In this document: positions 49,695 to 62,345 of the stretch, piece after piece
Numbering within the stretch: position 1 is the stretch's first letter
How the letters are laid out: the number at the start of each line of letters is the position of its first letter
Assembly: GCF_031769215.1 (NCBI RefSeq)
Contig: NW_026781986.1
Location: 496,001-560,000, forward strand
Length of the DNA stretch: 64,000 bases
DNA from: Ylistrum balloti
Taxonomy: Eukaryota
Direction of reading: 5' to 3'
Notes under the pieces: generated by a model
What the model was told of the DNA's origin: nothing
Seen by the model: only the letters and a program-made list of their open reading frames with translations
The model's database searches: none
Program-made: the position numbers and the translations under genes

Positions 49695-52600
49695 TTACAT
49701 TTTTTGTAAAAAAAAAATTTTTTTAATCCAGACCGAACTGCCCTATTTCATTCCCACATATTTGCAGAAACATGAGAATCAATTATCATTAGTTGGTTGG
49801 CATGGTAACTAACTGAAAATACTTTTGACAGTTGCTCAGTTTTTCAACATTTTGATGAAAATAAAATGAAAAAAACTGAAGTTGTGTCCTGAATGCAGTT
49901 AAAGAAGGATTTTAATTAGTTCAGAACTCAGTAGGTAGGTTAATTATAGATACAAGGGAGATAATCCAACATTCCACAAGGTAACAGTATTTACTTAAAG
50001 TCATGTTCTGGTGAACAGAATAGCCTGGTGTGCTATTTAATTCTTTGTTGTATAGATATTATGTAGTATTTATATCTTTATCATTCTATATGGTTGTTGG
50101 TTGTTTTCTGTGATCTATGTGAAATAGGAAAAATCATATATGATTGACACCCAGAGGTTTTCATTAAAAAATATAATAACATTTAAAAAAAAATTTGTAT
50201 TTGATTTGGCAGAAATGTTTCGGACTGTTTGGATCAGATCACAAAAATCACAGTGTTACTAACACAGCATTAGGTTTTGACAGCAGAAATCATTATGATA
50301 TTTACAAAATTATTCTGTAAATTAAAACCAGTAGTAATTGGGACATTATTTAATTTGTTCTGCGACATCATTTTCATCATGATATCAGAACTGTTTACTT
50401 GGCGTTCTTTTGACCATACTTTATTGTAGATTAAACATCCTTCATTGGAGGTTGAAATCCCTTAAAATAATCAATAATCTCCCTTTTTGGACACCAAAAT
50501 ATATGGAACGTATGTTTAGTACAAATCAAACAGAAATTGTTAAACTTAATTCAGAGGAAAAATTAAAAACTTGTTATGCAGTCCAAATTCCTTATTATAA
50601 AGTCTTTTAACTGGAAGACTGTGTAATTGAAGGTAATTATCTAGTCCTTCCCAAAGCTTCATCTATATAACACAAATACTGATTTAGCTTCAATGCTTTC
50701 CAAGTTTAAAATAAATTTTGATTGCATTAAATAACATAGCAATAACTACAATTGATCTGCTACACTTCAGTATGTACAAAACCTCTGGGTGTCAAAACTT
50801 TAGTCTTCTTTGAAAAATTGTTGAATTCATATACATATTGTTATATCAGTTAATTATAAATACACAATGGCAATGCTTTTCCCCCTTATATAATTTCAAG
50901 ATCCTTGTTTCATTTCTAATGTAAGGATTTAAAAAAAAAACAATGTGAAGTGACAAAATTGTATTTAAATCATTGAGGGTTTGTGAATGTTTGTAATATG
51001 TATTTCATCATGTAATTTGTCATTAAATGTCACGAGGGAATAAATATCAGGTATTATTGATTGTTTTCTTGTTTTGTTTAAAGGATATAAAAAAAAATAT
51101 AAAACAGATCAAAATTCTTCAAATCAATTTATTTATTTTATCCAGTCACCACTAATACATTTGTATCACTACCAAGTCATCAATAATCAGATTGTCCCAC
51201 TTCCCTATTACAACTTGAACCTATAACCGTGAAATGAATCCCAAGGTGGTATTACATATTGTATGTAATATATCAGTGACATAACCAACCTCAAGTCTGA
51301 ATCACAGGACATGGATTTCAATCTTAAATCAATATGGCCATTTGAAACGAATCAAAACGTTACATGCAACATGTCGAGTTTTGACGGGTAGCAGTCCTGA
51401 AAGAGTTCCATCCTAAAATCGGTATCCACATACTTCTAATTGTCTCGAATGAAAATATGTCAATATATACTATGTTGTCACAATCACAACATGACTCCAC
51501 TGAAGTGTTTTGTGGTAAACGTTGGCAAAAAATAAGCATGGCAGCAATACAATCAGGCAAGCAATAATATGATGTGAAATCAGTTAAGACATCTATGTGT
51601 CCAATGATCTCACAAGCTGGAGGTTAATCAAACATATTGCGTCGATTACATCAGAAGTGCCACGACGTTCAGATGGGACATATATTAAAAAAAACTAATT
51701 AAAGTCTTTATTAATCATTTGTATGTGTTTTACAATGTTGAAGAAACACTAATTTCTGGCGCAAACTTTATGCCACTCGATTAAAATGATTCACTGTGAC
51801 AGCTAACTGAAAACATTCAGGCTTAAAGTAATGTGGTTAATTACAAGTGGCAGAAGCATTGTCGAAGGGAAGATGGCACCGTATGACATGCATCTCTAAT
51901 GTATAATGACACCGTCATTGGTGTCGTCTCTTGTTGGGTATGTATGCAAACCACATTATTGTATACGTTTACATATATTTACAATTACTGCGAGTCATGT
52001 TAAAAATGTAGTCCATTTGATAAATCCATACACATTTTCATCTTTTCATTAAAATCAAAATAAAAAAGTATACAATAATGAACAAAAATGTAGACAGTAT
52101 GCTTATATTTTCAGTCGTAGGGAATGGTGGATCCTACTTCAGTCTGTCATGAATGCTGATATTTAAAAAGACATCTTACCTTTGTACCAGGCAAGTAAAT
52201 TCTTCAATCAACACAGGTGAGAGAATTTACAGAAATCGTTTATTTTTTCATCCCCTTTCATATTACAACTGTGAAAACGTCAGAGGGTTTCACGGGTCAA
52301 GTAGAACGTACGGCCGACATTTCGACAGCACTGCAATCTGAATCAAAAACTTTACAGTTCCTAAAAAACATGTTTGCAGATACAATACCTTGCCTCACGT
52401 TTGTCTTTTGATACTTTACGATATTTTATATATTTTATGTCTCTGACATTTTAGTATGCATTCTCATTCAAAGTACCCTACGACACAACGAGATCAACCA
52501 AGAAATGCGCATTTTTTTTTTTTTTTTTTTGTAATTTTGAAGCTAGTGTCATGAATGCTGATATTTAAAAAGACAGATATAATCTCTGATACCAGAGACA

Positions 52601-52961
52601 TAAGCTTATGAATACATGTCATATGGATTTTTGTTTCTCGTTTTCTGTTGTTTTTTTTTTTTTTTTTTTGTATTTTTGTTTTTCATATATAATGCCGAGT
52701 ACACATTGCACCTATATTACATCAGTACAGTAAACAATGCTATAAAAATCACTCATTTTAACATATAACATTTTCATCTACATGCATCTGATACGATATG
52801 TCAAAATATATTGCCCAGTCTGAAGAGACCTGTGGAAGACGAAAGCAGCTGGTTTTGAGTTTGTGGTAAAAGTTTTTCATTGCTTTATTTCCCCACTTCC
52901 TGCATGTAGTGGATCTACAATTAACAAAGAACTAAGAATAAAGGTGGGAGGGGACTAGGGG

Positions 52962-53060
52962 GTCGCTTTCAGAGGATATACCGAGTGGCCGCTTTCAGAG
53001 GATATTCAGAATGGCCGCTTTCAGAGGATATACAGAGTGGCCGCTTTCAGAGGATATACA
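52962..53060. repeat. ~26-bp tandem repeat x4
   Basis: GTGGCCGCTTTCAGAGGATATACAGA units. Confidence 0.85.
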
Positions 53061-53596
53061 TAGTGTGATGGTACGTTTTGATATTTTTTAGTTTGACTTG
53101 TATTTTAACCAAAGCATGTACACATGCACTTTTTCATATTCACTTTTACTTCCAGTAACCCTGATTGGAACGTCAATTCGATTCCCTCCCACGTTACTTC
53201 AAATTATAACATTTCACTGGAAGGACGTTACGGCCCGAATTTTCTTCTTTTTTTGTTTTGTTTTTGTTTTGTTTTGTTTGTTTTTAGTCGATTAAACAAG
53301 AAGACGCGACATTACTGTCATGTTTACTAGTAAAAAGTAAAATTGAAAATGAAAGTATATATCAATTCACCTATAACTGCAAATATCATTTACTTTAATG
53401 CGACAACACTTTGATCTATACGTAGCGACAAAACATTTCTGGGCTTGAGTAAAAAAAACTACGGGAATTCAGCCTGAGATATTCAGCCTGAGCTATTTGC
53501 AGGCATTGACACATAGATGAGTCAAATGTTTCGTGGTGTACATATTTTGGTTAAATTACAAGTTAAACAGGCTCAACAAAAGATATCAAGACTTAC

Positions 53597-53837
53597 CAAC
53601 ACACTCTACGCCATCCTCTGGAAAGAAATTTTCTCTTAGTAAAAAGCGATCCCCCACCGACAAGCCACCCGACTCGCAGTATTGACTATATCGTTCCGTT
53701 TATTGTATGGCTTTACGCTCAATGCAAATTCGATAAACCAGTTGTGATCATGCGCAAAGAGCGCGGAAGTCACTAATATAATTTAAATGTGTTGCATCGA
53801 GTGAAGTACACACCTCTTGTTGTGCATGCTGTTGCGG
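53597..53837. promoter_or_regulatory. Candidate divergent promoter with outward-facing splice donors
   Basis: CpG-rich island with octamer ATGCAAAT (53722), NRF1-like CATGCGCA (~53749) and ETS-like CGGAAGT (53764). Minus donor TTG|GTAAGT (exon end 53597) and plus donor CGG|GTAAGT (exon end 53837). Confidence 0.4.
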
Positions 53838-54981
53838 GTAAGTGAGTTTTGTAACAGACATGTATATCATAGCAGACTGCTAATTCTAAACTTGATTTAT
53901 TAGCGGGACGATAAATTGCAAAGCAGTACGCAAGATTGCTGTTGACACCATATATTTTGTTTTGACAATTACCTCCCTTGGTCGTTGTGTATAGTACACA
54001 ACATTCTCCTTTGACAGACGGTCCCGGGACTCGATACCACTCCATAGTGTGCATTCATTGTCTTTGATGCATTTTCAGTCATCCAAGTGTATATTCATTC
54101 ACAAAATATTTTCTATTTTGCACTTCAGACGGAGACACGCGTTTGATTTTTGTGATGTAGGCTCAGTGCCCGGTTGAAATAGAAAGCGCATGTCTTAGCC
54201 ATATTTTCGTCTGGCTCACAAAGTACTTGCAGACATTAAATATTTTCCCAGGGAAATGTGTAGTGTGGACAAGATCTGTCCGTGAAAATGTCTAACGTGT
54301 AGCCTGGTCTTGTTGGATGAAGGAAACTAACCACATGAGCATTATTGATATCGAGTCGGTGTAATCGGTTTTCATTAATATTTACTATGATGTAGGTAAT
54401 TATGCTCAATAGTCATTCATAATTAAAATGATAAAAGGAGGAAAACTGTCATTTTACTACCTAAAGTCTTTCAGCAGTCATACAATATTATATCACAAAA
54501 TGATTTTAACAGCAAGACAACATGTAATGTCAAACCAAATTATAGTTACTGTATCTGTTCTAGAACACTAAGAAGCTGGAAGCTTTCTCATTGGTATAAA
54601 TACTAAAGTTATGAAAACTTGGGTAGTTACATGAAACTATGATTACTTAAAATGCACATATATGTTGAAGGACACAAATCAGACCACTTTTCATAAAAAA
54701 AATGTGTTATTCAAAATTGTGTCCACAGCTGATATTATTTTTTATATCTTTTTTGTTGTGTTAAGTTTAAACTTAAGAATACATTCATAAAATTTATTTC
54801 CCTATCGGCAATTATTTTATGCATCCAATGACAGTTGATACCATTAACCTGTGCTGTTTTGGTTGTGTCATTGAAGCAGACAATTTACCATACTTGCTTT
54901 GGATATCATATATGCTTGCAGCAGGCTACTTGGGTCTTTTTCAGTGATGTAACAACCAGCTACTACAAGTGAAGAAGACAA

Positions 54982-55037
54982 CCCCGCCAGCCCTCCCCCT
55001 TCCCCTCCCCCCCCCCCCACCACCCCCCACCACCTCC
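54982..55037 (-). other. G-rich (minus strand) low-complexity tract with G-quadruplex potential
   Basis: More than four C-runs of 3 or more nt on the plus strand, including a C12 run. Confidence 0.6.
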
Positions 55038-55184
55038 TTAGTTTACTAGAGTCCTATTCATCAGAATCTGTTGGAATTGAAGTAAAACAAACATGTCAAT
55101 TGGATTGAAATATTTAAAACATTTGGTTTTGTCTGTATTGTCTTCTTGATTACCTGGTTACTTTAGACTAGCCCTCTAATAGTA

Positions 55185-56706
55185 TACCGAAAGGATAAAG
55201 AAACGTAGGGTAATATTTATTCCGATATTTGAAAACGCGTTTTCCAAATAAAGGAAAACTTTCTGGATTGAGTAATTAGGTCATATTACACCTTATCATG
55301 TATCGAAAATGTAGTCACGGTACAGTGCACAGCTCTGGTAAATGGAGGAAGGAAAAAACAAAAATCTCATGCACCATGTTGTTCTGGTCTCATGCAGCGT
55401 TGGTCAAGTCACTCTTCGTTAGTCTTTATACAGACCAACTGCTTCCCTAAAATTAATTGAGAATTTGATTTGTTTTAAGAATGGCACGACTTACAGAAGT
55501 TCAGAGCGGTCAGGCCATTCAGATGCTGATGCAAGGACAGCTGCAAAATCAGGTTGCTAGGCACTTTTGTTTCCGCCATAGAATGTCTTGTAAGATGTCT
55601 TCGGGAAACTGGGCGATTGGCCGATTGACCTAGGTCAGGACATCCGCACGTAACGTCACAACGTCAGGATTGCTATATCGTTGTCTCTCATGTGCGTAAT
55701 CGGCGCCTTACTGCCGTTGAGAGTGCACTTAATGTTCGTGGAAATAATGGGCGTCCTATAAGTTCAAAAACTGTAAGGAATCGATTACGAGAAGTTGGTG
55801 TAAGAGCACGTCGCCCCTACGTAGGTCCACACCTTACCCCTGCTCGACATCAGCGTCGTATGGCCTCGGTCACTGCACATGCTCCACGACGGTTTCCACT
55901 GAGGCAGTGGAGACAAGTTTTCTTCACAAACTAGTCTCGATTTTGTCTTTATTGATCTGACAGCCGTCAACGTGTCTACCGACGTCGTGGCGAATGTTTT
56001 ACAGACGCTTGCGTTGTAGAGAAGGATAGGTTTGGGGGCGGTTCAGTAATGGTGTAGGGAGGAATCTCACACAGGTTAAAATCACAATTGGTTGTTATTG
56101 ATGGCAATTTAACAGCAGCGAAGTATAGAGATGAAATCCTCCGACCCCATGTTATCCCTTTCTTACAGCAGCATAATCTAACCCTCCAGCAAGATGATGC
56201 TAGGCCCCACATAGCAAGGATTTACCAAGTCTTTCTGGCCAACAACAACATTCAACCACTAGATTGGCCACCATATAGCCCTGATTTGTCCCAGATCGAG
56301 CATCTTTTGGACCAATTGGATAGACAGGTTCGAAAGCGCCAGCCACCCCCTGCTACTCGAGAGCAGTTGACCAGAGCTCTGATTGAAGAGTGGGACAACA
56401 TCCCCATAAAACGGATTAACGCTCTCATGAACACTATGACCAGAAGAATAAGGACCGTGACCACAGCAAACGGTGGACACACAAGATATTGATGACTCAG
56501 TTCAATTTCAATTTCAAAATCCTATGGGTCCATTCAATGTAATCGTTAGTACCTCTAAACCAATTGTCAGATGCAAAATACAGACTTTGGAAATTGTTAA
56601 GCTTTAATTTATCTGTAAGTATACAAAATTTGGTTTTAAATGAAGCCTGATATCATACTTAATTTCTGGTTTAAAGTTCACCCTACGTTTCTTTATCCTT
56701 TTAGTA
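55185..56706 (+). mobile_element. Full-length but inactive Tc1-family (DD34E) transposon, about 1.52 kb
   Basis: 27-bp TIRs TACCGAAAGGATAAAGAAACGTAGGGT (55185-55211) and ACCCTACGTTTCTTTATCCTTTTAGTA (56680-56706), with 2 mismatches. TA duplications at 55183-84 and 56707-08; internal transposase remnant. Confidence 0.92.
55481..56492 (+). pseudogene. Tc1 transposase pseudogene
   Basis: MARLTEVQ..., one frameshift near 55570-55598, stops at 55626, 55932, 55953 and ~56055. Motifs D*PRSGHPHVT, FTN*SRF (degenerate FTDESRF), QQDDARPH and WPPYSPDLSQIEH; 34 residues lie between the second D and the E. Confidence 0.93.
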
Positions 56707-57739
56707 TATAACAGATTTGGGGGCATACTGGTTTGGGTCTGTCCGTTTTCTGTCTGTATTAAATATTCCATCGTATATGTTGAGATTTCCTTTTCTATCA
56801 GATTTCAACCAAATTTGGTCTATCACTTTATATCAATATCTTGAAGGAATCCAATATTTGTCAAAATCTGTCTACATTTGCCATAGTTACAGGACTTCAA
56901 AATCTTTAAATTGGATGATTTCTTCTTTTCTGTCAAACAACTTTGTTTGGCAGACTAAATTAAATGCTTAAGTTGCATTTTGTTTTTCCTTGATTTGTAC
57001 AATATGTCGAATACGCTCTATATCAATCAGTATTTTATACCCTTTTGGAAAATATTTTGTTATTTTGCTCATGTATTTCTAATGACCTTTATCTGGATTC
57101 CATATTTGTTTACCAACAACTTTGATCTGATGCAAAAATGCCTTTCAATGAAATATACCTCATGGGTATAGTGTTTATATTTACTCAAATACACCTTCTT
57201 TTCATTTCCTCCACTAAATGCAAACTTCTTAATATTTGACTGTTGCTCATGAGAAAAACTTGCCACTTTCAGACAAAGTGATGATCTATAGTATACTAGG
57301 TACACCATAGCAGTTTTGAGGGCTTTTTGAGGCTGATAATGGGTTCCATTCTCAATTTGAATAATTTCATATTTGAGCCAAATTTGCAATATACTCTATA
57401 GAATTTCCTTTGCAAATCACCAATATTCTTTCCAAAATTTAGCAAAAATGCTACATCCCAAACCAGCAGAAAAAAATCCTCTGTCCCTGTACTCTGTTAC
57501 ATAGTCATGGTTCAGTTCCATTTAAGGTTAATGATCAATCATCAGTATAAGGTAATTTTAAAAAGTTAATAGTTCCATTGTACTACTTAGTAGTATAGAA
57601 TAAGTATCACAGGATTTCAGGTTCTGTGCTTTTTTTAAGATAATTGACCTAATTAAGTGGCTAAATTAGTGTCACTGTGGCCAGGTGTTATGGAAAGATC
57701 TGTACATGGAAGGATAGAGTGTTTATAATGTTAACGCTA

Positions 57740-57915
57740 CAGGGTTTTCCATAAGAGCCGGTCGCCGGCCAATTTGACCGGCTACTTTGATCATTTGGCC
57801 GCCTACACCAATCCAGTTCCGTAATAATGTTTCGTACACGACTACACATACACGGCAGGCCAGCCTCCTACTTTCACTACACAGCCTTCTATTAACCAAA
57901 TTATGGAAAACTCTG
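57740..57915. mobile_element. 176-bp MITE with 15-bp TIRs and an internal GC-rich palindrome
   Basis: CAGGGTTTTCCATAA ... TTATGGAAAACTCTG (1 mismatch). Flanks ACGCTA and ACTCTA are an imperfect 6-bp match. Internal AGCCGGTC..GACCGGCT. Confidence 0.6.
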
Positions 57916-60049
57916 ACTCTAAGAAAAGACACTTATATTATCCAAAGTTATTTCACAAAAAATAGTCCTATAATTATTGCCTGTTCCCAGCTCGCAAAAT
58001 GTCCCCAGATAACATATTTATGACCTTTACAAGGAGAGAACTGGAGACATTGTTTTAGTACATTAGTACTGTTTCCTCTTATTTGAATTACTTTGTCAAG
58101 TTTGTTTTCATTTATATGTTTTATTGTTGGGAATACATATTTTCCTGAAAATATGATATAGTGAAGGGAAGTGAAAATAACTAGAAAAGGAACTAGCTCC
58201 CATTGCAGATTATACCATTTGATAAGTGGCCCTACCACATACTTATACCACTTGTTTATCAAGTTGATATATAAATACATCTGACATAAGGCTATTTTCA
58301 ATGTAAATGATGGTTTTCCTTTTCGGGAAAATTGGAAGAATCTCGAATTTTTTACTGGAGGACATTTTTTTTTTAATTTACATTTAAGATCCTTTGTTAA
58401 GCTTACATGTACAACTGACAAAACCTTAAATCAAGTTGTTTTCTTATTTTTTGGTGTTTCTGTCATCATGCTAGAGTAATGGTCAAACTTTGATGGTATT
58501 ATTCTTATATGGTTTTTGTGCAAGAAATATGAACATTTTCAGCTTGAAATGCAAGACTTCAAGTCCCCCAACAATCAAGAAAAATATGGTATTTAATATA
58601 AAATCAATTAAAACTCTTTCCGTGAATCTGCAATTTTGAATTGCGATGATTGAGAATTGTGGAGTAATTTTGGGAAGTATTCCCAATTGAAGATGAGGTT
58701 GTTTTCACAAAAATTCGGCTCAAATAAAGAAATATTGTTTGTTTTTGCAACAACAATTGACAGCAAAATTTACGCCCCACCTTAATAATTTTTGAGGAAT
58801 GATTGATTCCAATTTTGTAATATTGTGAAAGATAATTCCAGAATCTAAGGTCTTTACTCTGCAATCTAGCAACTTAGTGTTTTTTATTCTGATGTCCTAT
58901 AAATGCTGAATACTTACTCTCCACACTGCCAAAACATATGAATGTCTTTGAATTGTGCCAAACAAAATGCAAATTTCACAATGTCGTCTTTTTTCCACCC
59001 AATGAAAATAAAACATTATTCCTGCTTATTGACAAAAGTGCTCGAAACCAAGAATATTTTAAGGATGGCTTTAGAACATAAGTCAAGATGAAGTTGGTCA
59101 CATACGATGTACGATTTCATGTATTAAGAGTACATCACTCTAGTTATTAGTATTTATGGGAAGACATTAAAACCATTCTGTTTACTTGACCATTACTTTC
59201 ACATGAAATGGAATTTTACTAGTTCTGACTCCAGACATGAGACCTACTTTTTTGAAGACCAAGTATTCCGACTATGAACATTGTTTTCACTTACAGATGA
59301 TTCTTCAGGAATAATCCTATTGCTAATAGCTACGAACCATTTTTAGCAAACTTTAATATGATAAAAAAGAAAATGGAAAGTTTGAGGAATAATTTTCAGT
59401 TTTAAAGGCACCAGGTTGCTATAGATGCTTCAATATTATCCACGTGTTATGATCAGTAAAGATGAAGTAAACAAAATTTGAATATTTGGATTTATGGAAC
59501 ACTGTAAATTGACATAATGTGATTGATACATTCTGAAATTGTTTCAGACATGGGATGACTGAGCCAGCCTCTTCTTGACATTGGCTGCTGACTATCACAG
59601 AATGGCCATGGTGCAGCAATTCATCGGTCCTTGACTGGTACGACCACTGGCTCTGACCATCACTATCTGTGTAAGTGCATTAGCATTGTCATTATAATGT
59701 ATACATGTAATTAAGATGATTATGTTTTTGGTAGACGTGATATTTCCCCTGATGAGGATAAAAAAATCTCCTAATCTTATTTGCATATTTAATTCACTGA
59801 TCCCTCCCTATGAGAAACTGAATTGTCCCTTTGCAACTGTCATGACACTGATGCATCCCTCAGAGTGTTGAGACAGTGTCCCCACCCACATAAAAAAATT
59901 TGAATTGTTGATCAGGACTTGCCAGAAAAATCATTCAAAAATTACAGATTAAGATTCTGATCCCTTTCTTTGACAATATTGAGATAAGCACAGAACCCTC
60001 CCTTTGTAACTGTTGTGACACTTAAACCTTTATGTGTCACTGTTGAGAT

Positions 60050-62345
60050 TTAGACACTGACCCCTCTCCTGACACTGTTTAGACACTGATCCTTCTCCTG
60101 ACACTGTTTAGACACTGACCGCTCTCCTGACACTGTTTAGATACTGATCCCTCTCCTGACACTGTTTAGACACTGACCCCTCTACTGACACTGTTTAGAC
60201 ACTGACCCCTCTCCTGACACTGTTTAGACACTGACCACTCTCCTGACACTGTTTAGACACTGATCCTTCGCCTGACACTGTTTAGACACTGACTCTTCTC
60301 CTGACACTGTTTAGACACTGACCCCTCTCCTGACACTGTTTAGACACTGACCCCTCTCCTGACACTGTTTAGACACTGACCCTTCTCCTGACACTGTTTA
60401 GACACTGACCCTTCGCCTGACACTGTTTAGACACTGATCCTTCGCCCGACACTGTTTAGACACTGACCCTTCGCCTGACACTGTTTAGACACTGACCACT
60501 CTCCTGACACTGTTTAGACACTGACCACTCTCCTGACACTGTTTAGACACTGATCCTTCTTCTGACACTGTTTAGACACTGATCCTTCCCCTGACACTGC
60601 TTAGACACTGACCCCTCTCCTGACACTGTTTAGACACTGATCCTTCGCCTGACACTGTTTAGACACTGATCCCTCTCCTGACACTGTTTAGACACTGACT
60701 GCTCTCCTGACACTGTTTAGACACTGACCCCTCTCTCCTGACACTGTTTAGACACTGATCCCTCTCCTGACACTGTTTAGACACTGACCCCTCTCCTGAC
60801 ACTGTTTAGACACTGACCCCTCTCCTGACACTGTTTAGACTCTGACCCCTCTCTCCTGACACTGTTTAGACACTGACCGCTCTCTCCTGACACTGTTTAG
60901 CGCTGACCCCTCTCTCCTGACACTGTTTAGACACTGATCCCTCTCCTGACACTGTTAGACACTGATCCTAGACACTGTTTAGACACCCCTCTCCTGACAC
61001 TGTTTAGACACTGACCCCTCTCCTGACACTGTTTAGACACTGATCCTTCGCCTGACACTGTTTAGACACTGATCCTTCGCCTGACACTGTTTAGACACTG
61101 ACCCCTCTCCTGACACTGTTTAGACACTGATCCCTCTCCTGACACTGTTTAGACACTGACCCCTCTCCTGACACTGTTTAGACACTGACCCCTCTCCTGA
61201 CACTGTTTAGACACTGATCCCTCTCCTGACACTGTTTAGACACTGATCCCTCTCCTGACACTGTTTAGACACCGATCCTTCGCCTGACACTGTTTAGACA
61301 CTGATCCTTCTCCTGACACTGTTTAGACACTGATCCCTCTCCTGACACTATTTAGACACTAACCCCTCTCCTGACACTGTTTAGACACTGATCCCTCTCC
61401 TGACACTGTTTAGACACTGACCCTTTTCCTGACACTGTTTAGACACTGATCCTTCGCCTGACACTGTTTAGACACTGACCCCTCTCCTGACACTGTTTAG
61501 ACACTGATCCTTCTCCTGACACTGTTTAGACACTGACCGCTCTCCTGACACTGTTTAGACACTGACCGCTCTCCTGACACTGTTTAGACACTGACCACTC
61601 TCCTGACACTGTTTAGACACTGACCACTCTCCTGACACTGTTTAGACACTGACTGCTCTCCTGACACTGTTTAGACACTGATCCTTCTCCTGACACTGTT
61701 TAGACACTGACCCCTCTCCTGACACTGTTTAGACACTGATCCTTCTCCTGACACTGTTTAGACACTGACCGCTCTCCTGACACTGTTTAGACACTGATCC
61801 TTCGCCTGACACTGTTTAGACACTGACCCCTCTCCTGACACTGTTTAGACACTGATCCTTCGCCTGACACTGTTTAGACACTGACCGCTCTCCTGACACT
61901 GTTTAGACACTGACCCCTCTCCTGACACTGTTTAGACACTGATCCCTCTCCTGACACTGTTTAGACACTGACCCCTCTCTCCTGACACTGTTTAGACACT
62001 GACCCCTCTCCTGACACTGTTTAGACACTGATCCTTCGCCTGACACTGTTTAGACACTGATCCTTCTCCTGACACTGTTTAGACACTGACCGCTCTCCTG
62101 ACACTGTTTAGACACTGACCCCTCTCTCCTGACACTGTTTAGACACTGACCCCTCTCCTGACACTGTTTAGACACTGATCCTTCCCCTGACACTGTTTAG
62201 ACACTGATCCCTCTCCTGACACTGTTTAGACACTGACCCTTCTGACACTATTTAAACACTGACCCCTCTCCTGACACTGTTTAGACACCGATCCTTCTGC
62301 TGACACTGTTTAGACACTGACCTCTCCTCTGACACAGTTGAGACA
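60050..62345. repeat. 29-bp minisatellite, about 78 units, 2.3 kb
   Basis: Unit GACACTGTTTAGACACTGACCCCTCTCCT, with variation concentrated in one block (CCCCTCT, TCCTTCG, CCGCTCT, CCACTCT, TCCCTCT, TCCTTCT) and occasional +CT insertions. Confidence 0.97.

Noticed and set aside
52146-52577. 28-bp direct repeat GTCATGAATGCTGATATTTAAAAAGACA at about 52146 and 52548
   Set aside because: Only two copies about 400 nt apart, with no TIR, LTR or ORF context; most likely a local duplication.
59548-59670. 123-nt exon with two in-frame TGA codons, considered as a selenoprotein exon
   Set aside because: No selenoprotein motif, no SECIS seen and no flanking coding exons; treated as non-coding.
60050-62345. 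CRISPR-like array
   Set aside because: Eukaryotic context, no unique spacers (only point variants of one unit) and no cas genes.
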